Assembly (NCBI RefSeq): GCF_009914755.1
Contig: NC_060926.1
From: the human T2T-CHM13v2.0 reference genome, Homo sapiens
Length of the DNA stretch: 64,000 nt
Direction: 5' to 3' (one strand)
Under the pieces are notes generated by a model. The model ran no database searches, was not told the origin of the DNA, and saw nothing but the letters and a program-made list of their open reading frames with translations. A program made the translations under genes and the position numbers. This document shows, one piece after another, positions 15,635-32,187 of the stretch; positions within the stretch are counted from its first letter, which is position 1; each line of letters begins with the position of its first letter.

Positions 15635-16945
15635 AATTTTGATCAAGTATATATACATAAATAGTGTACAAGTTGTAAATTTGAACATCTTCATAAATTT
15701 TCACAAAGTGATCACACCATATAATCACCACACGGATTAAGAAATATGACATTTCCAGCATTAGAAACCCCCAGGTTTTCTCTATCCAGTCACTGTCTTC
15801 AACAGGAACTAATACTTGACATTCATCGCCAGAGTCTTGCCTTCTTTAGAACATTATATAAATGGAATCATACAGAATGTGTCATTTTATTATAGCTTCC
15901 TTCACTCAGCATTGTATTCCTGAGATTCAAACATTACACAAAAGTATTTTTCCCCCTTCATTTCTATGTAGTATTCCATCATATGAATATGTTACAATTT
16001 ATCCATTTTATTCAATTTTATTGTTTGCAAATTTTGGATTTATTAATATGGTTTCTGTGAACATTCTTTGTGGTGTACACATGCACATTTATTTGGCAAA
16101 CATTTAGGAGTGAAATTTCTTGTCATAAGATATACCTGTACTAAGTTGTTAGTAGATATCACAAACTGGCTTACGAAAGTGGTCACTCCAATTTATACCT
16201 CTTTCTACTGTGTAGGAGGATTCCAATTCTCCAAATTCTTGCCAATGCTTAAAATATTACCAGTTAAAATATTACCAGTGTGTGTTTAATATTCACCATT
16301 CTGATTTTTGTATAGTGGTTTCTCACTGTCATGTTACCCAGGATTACTTAGATGATTAATAAAGTTTAAAAACCTTTTATAAGTTTATTGGACATTTGTA
16401 TATCGTTTACTTTTTTTGATGAAACACCGGTTCAAGTCATTTGGCCATTTTGCTACTTGGTTGTTTGTTATTGATTTATAGTTATTTTTATGTTCTAGAT
16501 GAGTTTCCAATATAGTTAGCTTAGTTGCTATCTAAGCTAACTATATTGGAAATATTTTCTTCTCTGCTATCTAGCCATCTATATTGCAAATATTTTATAT
16601 TTACCTTTTCAGTCTCATCTTTTGATTAACAAATATTTTAATTTTATTCAGGTCCAATTTATCAAATTTTTTTAATGTTTCATGTTTTGTGTTGTGTATC
16701 AGGGTATATGTTTTGTGTTGTGTGTTGGGGTATGTGTGCGTTTGTGTATGTATGGATGTGTGTATGTGTTCTGTTTAAAAACACTATGATTATCCAATTG
16801 AACAAACATCAATTACTCATAAAATCATAACCTCACCAATATACTGTAGTGGAATATTTTTCATAAATCATGTGACCACATTTATGCAGGTCTCTTTTTA
16901 GTTTCTCTATTCTGTCCCAGTGGTCAACTTGTATATCCTTGCTGG
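15635..16945 (-). mobile_element. Old L1ME/L1MD 3' region
   Basis: Antisense L1 3'-end phrases (tataaatggaatcatacag, gtagtattccatcatatgaat, ttggccattttg). Confidence 0.75.
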
Positions 16946-17082
16946 TCTAGAAAACTAACAGTATCTCCAGATGGCAAATGATGGTAACAGATTGACTTTT
17001 AGGCAAAAGATCAAATCCAGAGCACTCTCGGGGAAAGTGGTCTAAAGATAAGGCCAAAAGTGTGTTAATAAAGTAATTTTCT

Positions 17083-17379
17083 TTTTTTTTTTTCTTTTGA
17101 GATGGAGTCTGGCTCTGTCACCCAGGCTGGAGTGCAGTGGCTGAATTTGACTCACTCCAACCTCTGCCTCCCAGGTTCAAACCATTCTCCTGCCTCAGCC
17201 TCCCAAGTAGCTGGGATTACAGGCATGCACCACCACGCCCGGCTAATTTTTGTATTTTCAGTAGAGACAGGGTTTTGCCATGTTGGCCAGGCTGGTCTTG
17301 AACTTCTGACCCCAAGTGATCTGCTTGTCTCAGCCTTCCAACGTGTTGGGATTACAGGCATGAGCTACCGTTCCCAGAC
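17083..17379 (-). mobile_element. AluS (Sx/Sz)
   Basis: Full dimer; 16-bp TSD aataaagt[a/c]attttct (17067-17082, 17380-17395). Confidence 0.95.
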
Positions 17380-17441
17380 AATAAAGTCATTTTCTCACTT
17401 CTTTCCCCTAATCACTAACTATCTCATAAATTTATGCTGTT

Positions 17442-18820
<1,379 letters not shown>

Positions 18821-19569
18821 GTATGCTGCTTTCTTCATTATCATAACAGTTCAGGCTGTCAGTTCTTGCCTAGGTTATTTTAAATCACCTACTGTTTTTT
18901 ATCCCTGTTTTCACAATTTTACTAATCAGTTCCATCTTTAAGTCCTTCCAATTAATTCTTTTCTTACAAATATGGCCCAGCATCTGCCTATGAAAAGCAG
19001 GGCCATTGCTTACATTACTATTTTATCTCACCTTTTTTCCTCTTGCATTAATCTGCCAGCACAGTCAAAAATAGTTGCCCAAAGCTTAAGATTTTAGTTT
19101 CACAAAGCTGTGCTTTTACCCTTGTATGTCCTCTGTGAGGAATTTTCCACTAATTTTCTGACAAGCTCTTATTCATTCTTAAAGTACCACCTCAAATTAT
19201 AAATTCTATATGAAGCTGTTTCTCATTGCTTCTTCACAGAAATTAATTATTTACTTCTATTTACTGGGTGCTAACTGATATTATTTCTACTGTATCTTCA
19301 CATGCATCTTCATATCCCAATATCTGGCAAAAACTAGGTGCTTAATAAGTGTTGATTGAATTGAATCAGAATCAAAAATTTAGATTTTCCCCTAACATCA
19401 TTTACTCCTCTCCACACAAAAAAAGTAACAATATGGATTATAATTAAATGCTAAACATGAGAGTTTATACATAGTACAAGAAAATAAAATTGATATTAAA
19501 CCTAATACAGAATGCGCAAACAAAAAAAGAATGTCTCTCTAGAATTATAAGTTTTAAAAAACTTTTTAA

Positions 19570-21250
19570 AAGGAGTACACTGAACCTCCACATACCCATT
19601 ACTCAGATAAAAAATTATCAATATCTTGTAATATGTTTCATCTCTTTTTATATTTTGCCTTTGCTGAACAATCTTAAAAGGAAATCAAAGATGACAGTAT
19701 ATCTCACATTTACATATATAATTTTTTTAAAAAACAGACATTTTCTTATAAAGCTCTGTGGTCATAACTGATAGAGTAAGCAATTTTTGCTGTCATTCAA
19801 TATCCAGTCAATGAGATTTCCATGATGATTTCAAAAATGCCTCATTAAGGTTGGTTTGTTCGAATCAAAATTCACGTAAGTTCCACTCATTGCATTTGTT
19901 CTTCATGTGTCTTGTGATTCAGATTTTTTATTCCCTCTGTGGTGCTTCTAATTGTTATTCAATTCCCTCATGCTATTGAATTTTTGCAAATACTGGATTA
20001 GTGATATTCCACATTCCAGATTTGTTTATTTGCTTCTTTTCAGTGTCATTTAGCTAACTTTCATTTATCTACTGTAAATTAAGTTAGCTGTGAATCTTAA
20101 TTAGATTTAATTCCAAGGTTTTTATTTCATTTGTTTTCCAAGAGTGCTTTACAGATGATGTGTGTCATATTTCATCACATCTCAGGACCTTAGTCGACTG
20201 CTTAGTTCACCTTTAGTGATGCTAAGACTCATGAGTGGAGACAGGTCTTGGCAATCTAATCTCGTCAGTATAAGTATCTCTTAACCTTTCATCTGATGTT
20301 TTTGTTAATTTATAATCATTGCCTGAATTCACTATTTTTTTTTCTGCTAGGAGTTGCAAAACAGATTTCACGTTTTATCATTTCTTCCACATTTATAGCT
20401 GGAATTTTTTAGCAAAGAGGAAATTTCCCCTCAGCAACTAGAAATATTTGATTATCTTGAAACTTAGTGAATGCAGGAAAGGCAGCATCATGCCTTTCAA
20501 TAGCCAGTGTTCAGAGTTTTTGCCTTAGTTATGTCCTATGACACACATTGAGGCATATTTTTTCTTTTTTTAAAATCAAAATCATTTTGAACTCATATTT
20601 TTTTATATTTAGTTTTCATCAGTTGCACTCATCAGATTTTTAGTGATCAAATTGCTCTTCCTTTGGCCAAAGGAGCATTTCAATGTGTCTCCTGTTTTCT
20701 TGAGATAGCCCCTTGTTCCTGAAGACATCCTTTTTTTCTGGCACAAGAGATTTTAGCCTTTAATCCTATATATTCCAGCCCAGACTTGGTATCAGCCTTG
20801 TTTTCTTGGAATCAGCCTTCAAGAAGCCCTGGGTGCCAAGTTACTTTTTATTGTGTTAATCATTGATTCTAGGCTTTTTAAGTGGACAAAGCTAGAAAAT
20901 ACATAGTCTTGAAAACAGGACAAAATATTTGAGAGTCTATAATGGTATTTCTAATACATATGCAATATTACGGTATTTTTACATAATTTGTCTGATTTTA
21001 ACCTTTTATCTTATTTTATACTAAAACTTTTGGCTCCTAAAAACAGTAATATGATTCTTAACTTGCATTTTCTATAGTATAAATAGTTTAAAATGATAAT
21101 ATTAATACAACTAATAATTAAACTACATAAAATTTAGCATATAAATAAAATTATATAAAAATAGAATAAAGTGTATCCTACAAGATTGTATAGTTCAAAT
21201 CCTGTCATCTAAAGTCACTTGAAATAACTCATCTCTGTGTGTTTATATTA
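19570..21250 (-). mobile_element. Old L1MC-type 3' region
   Basis: Degenerate antisense L1MC4/5-like 3'UTR phrases. Confidence 0.55.
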
Positions 21251-21269
21251 CAACTGGTACACAAACTCT

Positions 21270-22080
21270 TAAGTATGAACGAAAGATACAGACATTTTTT
21301 GACATAAAATAACTCATGAAATTTACCTACCACATACTTTATGTTAAGGAATTTCTTGAAGATTTCCTCCAGTAAGAAAAATTAAAATAAAATAAACCAA
21401 GAAAGATTTAGGAATCCGGAAATAGTGCATTAACTTTAAGAACATAAGCAAGAAACTTCCCCAAATGGCAGACAGCTGAGATCCTAGAGATCAACCAGCC
21501 CAGAATTGAAAAGGGTCACCAAGCCTTAGGAAGATAGCCGAAACAAAACTATGTATCCCATGGACAATTTCAACAGAATGCCTGAGATAGTGAAATAATT
21601 TAAATATATAATGAAGTTATTATATAGAAGAAATAGAAAAAAACAATTAGAAAAACCAAAAGCTCTAAAAGGAATTCACAGAACACTCATTGGCTCTGCA
21701 GTGAACCTTCCCAAGCTGATAACAACTTGATTTCACTTAATGACTTCTAACTTTTTGCATCAATATGTGGACAAAGCACAGAAGATTTAATTGTGCTCAT
21801 GGAGAAGAACATAAATATTATGAACATTGTCTATAAAAAAGAAATTAGGAGACAAAGTGGGGAAATACAGGCAAAGCAAAAGTAGGTATATTAATATCCT
21901 CATTCTACAAATGAAGTCAAGAGATATGCTTCATGAAGTAAACAATTAAGGATTTTAATATCTTATTCAAATACACAAAGGACATTTATAATAATAAAAA
22001 AAGAACTGAAGCAAAAACTATTAAAATGTGTGGTCTTTGTGAGAGCAGAACACTGTGTATGGCTGGGAAAAGTAACTGTT
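21270..22080 (+). mobile_element. HAL1/old L1M fragment
   Basis: gaaatttacctaccacatac...gaagatttcctccag...aaaccaagaaaga...ggaatccggaaatag resembles HAL1. Confidence 0.5.
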
Positions 22081-22093
22081 AATTTTTTTTAAG

Positions 22094-22466
22094 TGTATTA
22101 GTTCATTTTCATACTGCTATAAAGAACTGCCCAAGACTGGGTATTTGATAAAGGAGATTTAATTGACTCACAGTTCAGCATGGCTGGGGAAGCCTGAGGA
22201 AACTTACAATAGTGGTGGAAGGTGAAGGGAAAACAAGGCACCTTCTTCACGAAATGGCAGGAAAGAGAAACGCGGAAAGAAGGGAGAAGACCCCCTTATA
22301 TAACCGTCAGATCTTAGCGAACTCATTCCCTATCACAAGAACAACATGGGGAAAACCACCTCTATGATTCAATTACCTCTACCTGCTCCCAACCTTGACA
22401 GGTGGGGATTATGAGGATTACAATTCAAGATAAGATTCTGGGTGGGGACACAGCCAAACCATACCA
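22094..22466 (-). mobile_element. THE1D-like MaLR solo LTR
   Basis: tgtattagttcattttcatactgctataaagaactgcc...ggggacacagccaaaccatacca; TSD ttaag/gtaag. Confidence 0.92.
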
Positions 22467-23199
22467 GTAAGCCATCTAGTAATAATAGATTAATCATGTG
22501 CATGGAATACATTGATTAAAATGTATACTATTAATATTTACAGTAGAAGTATTAGATGGCAGAATGACCACTTCAAGAAATGTATCTCACAGTATAAAGC
22601 TGGTGAAAATCTCCCAGGATGCCAGTTAAAGAATAAATTATTGAAAGTTGTAAAAGAATGGATGGTCCATATGAAGACCAGAAAATCGAAATACTACCTG
22701 TGAGTAATTGGTGTGCCTAAATGAATAACAATAAATGATATCAATAAAATAGAAGCTGTATTCAAAGACAGAAGAAAAATTTTCATACCTGATATAACCC
22801 TCAATCAAAAGACAAAAATGGCTTATTCTACAAGAATTTTAAGTTTTATAAAAAGTAATACTTGGAGCTACAGATCTGAATAAAGTTATGATATTTAAAA
22901 ATGAGAGTGAGATTACAACATCGTATCGCACTTTTTTTTTAAGTTGACTTATAGAGACAGAGACATTGGGATAGTGGAAGACTTCCCTTTCCTAACATTT
23001 GACTAATATATGAGCACCTATATAGAGCCGGGTAAGCAAAGTAGTGATACAAGAATTTGAGATGGAAATAAACTGTTTTCATATGAAGAAGTCCCAAAGA
23101 AAGATACAAGGATTGAGAAAGTATTCCGCCAATGAATATCACATTCTGAAACAAGCACATGAAGGGAAGATAGGACAGGTATAGCACTGATATTGACAG

Positions 23200-24060
23200 C
23201 AAGGATTTAAAACTGTATCTCCTATTCACATTTTGATCCATCTTAATTCCTGGTTGCATGAGGCTGATTTTGCATGTCTAAAATCTGCCGGAAGCAAACA
23301 TATTTTCTCTCTGTAAAATAATAACATCATATCAAGGCACAACTTATTTCAAGGAACTTTAATGTCATATGTTAAACACATGAGTAGAGGTAGCTGGAAT
23401 GTAGCGTGTAGACACATGTATACACACACACACAAACACACAGAAAAACATAAGAGGCATATACACCATGGTGAAAAGTTCTAACATATGTGTAACTAGA
23501 ATGACAGAATAAGGGCAGTAAAAGAATGGGAAGACCAATATTTGAAGAAATAACAGCTGTTTATTTACCAAAACTTGCAAAAAGTTTCAAGCCACCGAAC
23601 TAGGAACCCTAAATGAAATAAATATAATGAATGCTTGAGCAAAGCATAGTAAAACTACCAAAAAACCAAAGTATAAGGAAAAATCTTAAAAAGGCCAGAA
23701 AAAAGACATAATACTTAAAAAGAAGTAATAAGTGTATCAGCTGACTTTCTAAAAGGAAGTAGCAAGCAAATAATAAGACGATATTCTCAAAGTAGCTGAT
23801 AGAAAACAGCTGCCAATCTAGAAGTCTATGCCAAGCAAACATACCCTATAAAAGTGAGGATGACATCTTCAGAGACTATAAAATCATTAGAATTAATCAC
23901 CAGCAAGTTTGCAACGAAGAAAATATACTTCAGGAAGAAGAAAAATGATCTCTGATAGAAACTTTGAGGTGTAAGAGTTAATAAAAAGGAATAAGGGTAA
24001 ATTTGAATAATTTTAAAAGGATGTCAAATATATAAAATTAAGTCATTAATAAAAATAATT
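23200..24060 (+). mobile_element. Old L1M 5'/ORF1 fragment
   Basis: aagttctaacatatgtgtaactagaat...atatttgaagaaataacagctg...tgccaatctagaa; ORF1-like remnants. Confidence 0.55.
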
Positions 24061-24911
24061 TTGTGACATGCTGAGAGAACAAAAATTCCACAAGCCATCA
24101 CTATTATTGAAATAAAGTGGACCCTTAGTTCCTGAGAGAGCCAGCCAATTTCTTCTTTATATTTATGTCTGATATATATAGCCCTTAAGGACCTCCCATT
24201 CTTGATGAGAACTGAACTCTAATTTTGATCTCTCTGTATTCTCAATTTGTTGAAAACTCTTATTTTCAGGCTCTTGGCCACATTGTCTAGGCTCAGTAGG
24301 TGCCCTAAGGAGAAGAGTAGTCTCAAATGCTATGTATCTTCACTGTCTTAGTAGCTGTCCAAATTGTTTTTTTAAATTTGGCCTGTCTTTTCTGGGTGTT
24401 TTCTGCAGGAATTTTTGCCTAAATTACATTGTCTTGAATTACTAAAAGTGGTTTAGGTACACTTAAAACTTAAAAATTACCCTCATTGTTATTAAAATTT
24501 CTCCTTTCCAAATAAATAGAAGGTGAAATAAATATAGATTACAAACACCAAAAGATACAAAACCACAGAAACGAAAAGACAACACAAGAAAAAAACATAA
24601 AGTAAGTTAGCTGAGGTAGGAAAAAGGCATATATAATGTAACAATTAATATAAATTGAAAAATTTATAATGAGAAAAAAGATGAGCAGATAGGATTAAAA
24701 ATTCAATCCAATTAAATATTATTTTCAGGATATATACATAGGAGAATAATTAAGAAAGTTCATAAGAAAAAAATGAAGAAATAAAGCATACATTGCAACT
24801 CAAAGGATGATTTAAAATATTTTTTCTCAAAATAAAAGATATGATTCAAAATAAAACATTAAATCAATTAAATATTTGTGTTTTTCATTTATAATTTCTC
24901 TACATTGAAAT

Positions 24912-25276
24912 TGTTATGGACTAAACGTTTGTGTCTCCTCAAAATTCATATGTTGAAACTCTAATCCCCACAGTGATGGTATTAAGTGGTGAGGCCTTTG
25001 GGAAGTGATTAGTTTATGCAAGTGGATTTCTCATTACTGGAATTAGTGCCTTTAAGAAAGAAACCCCAGATAACTCTCTTGCTCTTTTTCCACCAGGTGA
25101 GGATACAAAGAGAAGTTGATAGTCTGCCGCCTAGAAAAAAGCCCTCACCAGCACCTGACCGTGCTGATACTGTGATCTGGAACTTTCAGCCTCCGGAACT
25201 GTGAGAAATAAATGTTCGTTGTATAAGCCACCTGGTCAATGTTGATTTGTTATAGCAGCCCAAGCTGATTGAGACT
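24912..25276 (+). mobile_element. MLT1A0-like MaLR LTR
   Basis: tgttatggactaaacgtttgtgtc...aaattcatatgttgaa...gaactgtgagaaataaatg...ttgttatagcagccc. Confidence 0.9.
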
Positions 25277-25379
25277 GATCAAGATAAAGGGTTAACTATT
25301 ACATGATATAACTGTGCTGAAATACTTAAAGAAAAATACTTGCAGACTGAAAAAAAAAAGGAATTTAATTGTAACCTAA

Positions 25380-25682
<303 letters not shown>

Positions 25683-25767
25683 TAACCTAAAGTTAGAATA
25701 AGATTTTTAACATGCTTTTCTGTTTTTGTCTGGGATAAAAAAGACCAATACAAAAAAGGATAAGGAG

Positions 25768-25945
25768 TAGTGATTATAAAACCTCAGAGTGTACGGGCAT
25801 CACCTGGAGAGCTGTAAATGTGCAGATGGTTGGCTTTGCCTTCACAGATTTGGTTTCGATTGGTTTAGGGTGAGTCCCAGGCACTGCTGGTTTATAAAAG
25901 CCTCCCAGGAGATTGCAATGTACAGACAGAATTGAGAGCTAATGA
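25768..25945. mobile_element. MER5-type hAT-Charlie DNA transposon remnant
   Basis: catcacctggagagc...gtgcagatg...tagggtgagtcccagg...aagcctcccaggagattg. Confidence 0.6.
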
Positions 25946-26589
25946 TGTTGAGGTAGATAAGCTGAAAATTATTTTAATAAAGGTAATAGCACACAATATA
26001 TTCAACTTGATATCATACAGAATATATCTCTTTAAAAGAGCACCTACAAATTATTTTTAAAAATTACTCACATACAAAGTCATAAAGAATCTTCAGTCAA
26101 ATCTATAATTTTAAAATGGCATACTCTATATTCTCTAATCACAATGTAACACATTGAAAACAAAACATAAAGTGCACTTTAACAACTAGACCCAAAGCAA
26201 AAATCAAACTGTAACACAATATTTAGAAAATAGAATAGGGATGAGTTATAATGATTTTAATTATTATTGTAATTATTATAGTATGTAAAATATGTGACTA
26301 AAATTTTCCTCAGAGAAAAATTAACACTACAACCTAATAATTAAATAATTATTTTATTCCCAAATGAGACAGAGATTGGAAAGGAAAGGATTAAAGCAGC
26401 TGGCTTGTGATTCATTCATCTCCTTTAGTGGAGGGATACATCCAGAGGGGAAAAAAAGGGTGACCTGGTTAATCTCCTTGTCAACTAGACTTCTGGGTAA
26501 ACAGACTAAAAGTATTTGCTGAGAGGAAGAGAGTTTATCTAAAGGATTCCCTTAGGGGAACATTACTAGCTAATGGGTTACTGAAAGTA

Positions 26590-26590
26590 A

Positions 26591-26632
<42 letters not shown>
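26590..26632. repeat. (TA)n microsatellite
   Basis: Interrupted TA run. Confidence 0.95.
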
Positions 26633-27199
26633 TTGGAAATATGAGGCATGGCTCACTGGAAAATGGCAAATGAGTTATGTAACTCTCTGGGTATATAATA
26701 GAGATTTTTAAATTATTATTTATTTATTTTTAACCTAACTTCAATGCTCCTCTTGCCATGTAAAGTCACTTAGAACACTCTAGAGACCTCGTCTATTATT
26801 CTGGACCAGAGTGCATGTTTGATATGGGAAGAAAGTATGTGAGAATCACTCAATGTCTCAGACCATTTTTGGCTTTATCTGAGCACTTTGAAGTCCCTGG
26901 GTCCTTGATACTGTTGGCAAAGTTTCATCCTAAGATCCATGACTTTGGGGAGTCTGATTCAGCACTCCAATTATTTGTTTTAGATTAGAAAATAAAGAGA
27001 AAAATAAATGAAGTAATATTGTCTCCAAGATTTTAGAGAGAGAATAATATAATAAATGTAAAGAATATAGAGAAAATAATTGATAAAAATCACAAATTAA
27101 TCCATATGAAAATAGAAATTAATTGTACTGATAAATCCAGTGGTTATTTTATGAGGAAATAATCAAATTAATGAATGAGTAGTTAGTATATTTGTTAAC

Positions 27200-27540
27200 T
27201 AAAGAAATTCCTATCGGTTATTTTTCTGGGGCATTCCCTCCTCTCTGCCCCTCAAATTTCATCTGCGTTAGCTTGCCCAGGCTTTAATCATTCCCTCCTC
27301 ACCTCTGCAAGATGATCATGCTCTGATGGGGCTCTCTATATCTGTGATATGAGCTGGGTAGTCCCTCCATACAGTCAACTGGGATTAGCATAGGGGTCAC
27401 TCCACTTCCATACCTTTGCTGCCAGCATTTACTCCTTTTGTCCAGTGTTGGAAAACAGTTGTTTCATTTACTTTGTCCAGTTTTACAGTTGTTTATTAAG
27501 GGAAGACAGATCTGGTAACATTTACTTACTCATGGCAGGA
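27200..27540 (-). mobile_element. Old L1MC/MD 5'-end fragment
   Basis: gaaaacagttgtttcatttactttgtccagtttt...ttactcatggcaggaa. Confidence 0.55.
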
Positions 27541-27941
27541 AAAAAGTATACTTAAAAGCAAAAATAAAGAGAGAAAGGAAGAAAAGAATAAAAGGGAGCA
27601 AGAGAAAATAAAATTCCATAAAGGAGAAGAAAAAGAGAGAGAAAGAATACTCAAATGCAGTAATGAGTAAAAGGATAAACTCTCATATTCAAATACAAGT
27701 AATGGAATAATAAATGCTCTTGAAAAACAGAAAAAAAATAAGCTGATTTAAATAGTCACCCCAAATACTTCACAAAAATCAACAAAGCAGATAATCTACT
27801 AGTTTATAAAGAAACAGAAAAAAATGTTTAATTTAAAAAGGAGGGAATACAAGAACTTATATATGAAAAATCTTTTAGATACATACACATTTTAAATAAT
27901 TTGTATAATTATACATTTAAAATATGGATAAAATTTGTTAA

Positions 27942-28328
<387 letters not shown>

Positions 28329-28329
28329 T

Positions 28330-28910
28330 AATTGTTTTAATTGACAAAAAATACGTACATTATGATGTAAAACATGTTTTGGTATGTGTATTCATGGTGG
28401 AATGGCTAAGTCTAGCTAATTAACATATGCATTATTGCACATACTTTTTTGTGGTAAGAACACTTTCTTAGAGATTCTCTTTCTTAGATGTCTGCTTTCT
28501 TAGATTCTCTAGCCTAGAATACATTGTTATAGCCAAAGGATATGAAATCAGTAACTTGAAGAGATATCTTCATTTCTATGTTCATTGCAGCATTACTCAC
28601 CATAGCCAAGATACGGAATCAACCTCAGTGTCCATCAATGAATGAATGGATAAAGAAAATGTATATACACATACACACACACACAATGGTATATATACAC
28701 AATGGAATACTGTTAAATGTTCAAAAACAAGAGATCCTGTAATTTACAACCACACGATGTACCTGAAGGCCATTATATTAAGTGACATGAGCGAGGCACA
28801 GAAAGACAAAGTATATGAATATGTGGAATCTAAAAAAGTCACTCTCATAGAAACAGAGTAGAAAGGTGTTACCAGAAGCTAAGGGCTGGGGGAGTTGAGG
28901 GATGATCAAA
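28330..28910 (-). mobile_element. Short L1MA 3' end with 5' inversion
   Basis: Antisense extreme 3' end 28330-28530, followed by a sense upstream 3'UTR segment 28531-28910. Confidence 0.7.
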
Positions 28911-29443
28911 AGAAGCCTACCTTTGCAACCTTTTTACTTCCTCAATATGATGGTCCAGATGATTTTGTAGATGACTTCATTCAAACTTAAAAAAGAACTC
29001 CACATTTTAATCAATTTAATAGTTAAAGTAATAGGGAAAGAATGAAAACTCCAGAACTTATTTTTGCAAAGCTAGTATTTCTCTCATGGAAAATATCCAA
29101 CAATGGTTAATCAATAAAGGAAAGTGACTATTTATAATTTACAAAACAGAATAAATCTGAGAGTTACTTAGGAAATTTTTACAAAAAAAATAGAATATAG
29201 ACTAAAATTCCAAGCTAAAAGTATATTGAAATTCTATATTAAAGGCTGCATATAAGCAATGTGACAAAATACAAACTTATTAATGAATCAAAATTGTAGC
29301 TGTTGAAAAAGATTTAAGTGTACTTGTAGGAAATAAATTAAATGATTAAAATGACATTTATAGCAGCAAGAAAAAAGTGAATTATTTAAAAATGGTTTGA
29401 GAATACCTAGGTTACCACACACAAAAAACATATAAAAATCTCA

Positions 29444-29859
<416 letters not shown>

Positions 29860-29984
29860 TTATATAATTTTATAGAAAGAGTTCTATCTATGACATGAAA
29901 GGCAAAAGTCATAAAATACATACAGTATTAATAAATTTGACTATATTCATATGTTCATAGTCATAATATTGAAAGGAAACTGGT

Positions 29985-30620
29985 GGCTTTTACTTTTAGT
30001 CATAATGGATTTAATAGGGACTAGAACTGCCCTACCGTCTTCGATTTAACAAAAACAGACAAAATATAAGAAACGATACTTTTTAGACTTTGAAAACAGC
30101 CTGCACAGATGAGTAATTTCTGAAAGAAGAGAAAAAATTGAGAACTCTAAAATGCTCAGTTTCCATTGCCCGAGGAGAGTTTTCAGGCTTCAAAGCTCAG
30201 AGGGGGAATCCAAACAGAGCCTGGTGGTCTCCTTTGGTTGAGGAGACCAGTTGAGTATTCAGGGAAGACAAAGCAGCTAGAGTTCACAGGGCAGGGGACT
30301 GGGAAAGAGAAAGTGGCACATCAAAGGAGCTCTGGAGATAGGCAGAGGGTTCTCCTTGAATGTGCAGATGTGTACTGATCCGAACATGCACTAAGCTGAG
30401 GAAAGAACTGCTGAAAGGAGGAGTGAAGCAATGCCGAAGTTCACACAGGGCTCGGACTAGTTGATATCCAAAACCAGAGTGAAAAATAAAACTCTACCAA
30501 TATTCAGAGTGTCAGGTGAAGTACTCAGTGGAGGGGACAAATTTGCCCTAGACTAATGACCTCTCTGGTTCTAATCATCAGAAGTTAGAAGCAAACCCTA
30601 AAGTTCAATATGTAGAAGTT
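29985..30620 (+). mobile_element. Old L1MD/MC 5'-end fragment
   Basis: cagacaaaatataagaaacg...gctcagagggggaatccaaacagagcctggtggtctcc. Confidence 0.6.
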
Positions 30621-30669
30621 AAACATTTTTATAAAAGCATAAAATATTATTAGTTTTATATTAACTAAC

Positions 30670-32084
30670 TTTATACGCTACTTTCCAGTTCACAAAATGC
30701 TTCTTATAAATATTATCTCATCTTAGATGTCGCTTCTTTTGTATTGTAAATTCAAATATCTAAGTTAAATAGTTTGAAAGTGATCCAGACATTTGACAAG
30801 CCTCACATATTGAAGACGTACCCTGATCATCTTGCCTTGTAAAAATCAGGTTAGAGATGGCTGTCTTGGAGACAGACTGACAAGTATATACAGGATTTGA
30901 GCTGCAAAAGGACGTCTTTTTGTGACTGAATAAAGGACATGGTGTACTTAGGTTTACCTTTGTCTCAAACCTTATCCCAGAAATTAAGTTTTCACCAGTA
31001 GGAGTACTAAATTTTCAAGATGTAGTAAAAAACTTCAGGTAGTTTAATTCAGGGTCAGGTCTCTTTGTGTTGCAGGAGGCTTTATCTTAACAACTGCTAG
31101 TTTTGTTACCTGTCAACTGCGCTTGTGCCAATTCAAGGTATGAATTTATTTCTGATGCTAAAAATTTCTATATAAAGTAAAAGTGACCAGCCTTATAGCC
31201 AAGGTCAACTGACTTACATAGTCGGCAAGGAGAAACACCAGAATCCTTAGAAAGCTACTTTTGGGGAAGTCAGATATGATATCTGTGCAACTGTTCAATC
31301 ATCAGTGCTTCTAGTTTTTAGTGTTTGTTTAAGCATACACAGTGTTCTTAACAAGTCAAGCAGTGAAATAAAATACATTCATTATTAATAAAAATGTATG
31401 TCAACTAAGGAATACATCACGTAACAAGACAAATAAGAATGGGCTCAAAAAGAGTACATTCCTGTAAGTTCTCAATAAATCTCTTCAAATAGTAACTCCT
31501 TCCTAATACATAAGTGGTTTTCATGCTATAAAATTGCATTTTAATATGAGATATCTGTTGTTAATTTCCTGTTTGATATAAATCATCGATGGTTAGCTTT
31601 CTCTTGATAGATATTCTTAATATTTATACTTCAATTAATGAAACATAAACTCTGTCCAATTGCTTTACACAGGTATACATCAATGAGTCTTTCAATTGTT
31701 CTTCAAAAAGGCATGTGGCCAATTATTTTGAAATAAATATTATGCAAAACAAAACCACTTGCAAATAAGAAATAAATGAGCTTTAGTCTTCTCAGGTATC
31801 ATGTTTCTTCAATTGGTAAAGATCTATATTATAATTTTTCATATTTTGATTATCAACTATTCTTCCTAAGATTAATCCTTGATATCAAACTTATGACAAA
31901 GATAATTTGAAATACACAGTAAACTCAGTTATTTTGTCTTTGAATAGAGGTGAGGTCAGAACTCATGCTCTACTCATGGCAGTTCTGTTTATCAGCATCC
32001 TCCTCTGTGCTCTCTGCTTAGGTTTCCTGCCTGTCGCTAATGAAGCTGTAAGGACTAAACAGACTTAAGGCTTTGTCTTTATCT
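30670..32084 (-). pseudogene. Large decayed exon or exon group: starts (R)DKDKALSLFSPYSFISDRQET*AESTEEDADKQNCHE*; includes KFLASEINSYLELAQAQLTGNKTSSC*DKASCNTKRPDPELNYLKFFTTS*KFSTPTGENLISGIRFETKVNLSTPCPLF...
   Basis: Acceptor cttatttttcag (32085-32086), in phase with the upstream exon. One frame from 31167 to about 30763 has only two stops. 3' end unresolved (donors at 30822, 30807 or 30670). Confidence 0.5.
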
Positions 32085-32187
32085 CTGAAAAATAAGTAGT
32101 GATTTTCTTCTTTCTTCTCAAGAAACATGTTTGCCACAAGATAAGTGTTTTATATAGAGAGAGTGAAAATCATTAATTGCTTCCCAC

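Noticed and set aside
16249-16278. 15-bp tandem duplications (also 4893-4922)
   Set aside because: Common slippage events with no sign of function.
31168-31217. 50-nt GT-AG intron on the minus strand
   Set aside because: Below the usual mammalian minimum and open in frame; more likely coding sequence with a 1-nt deletion. Left unresolved.
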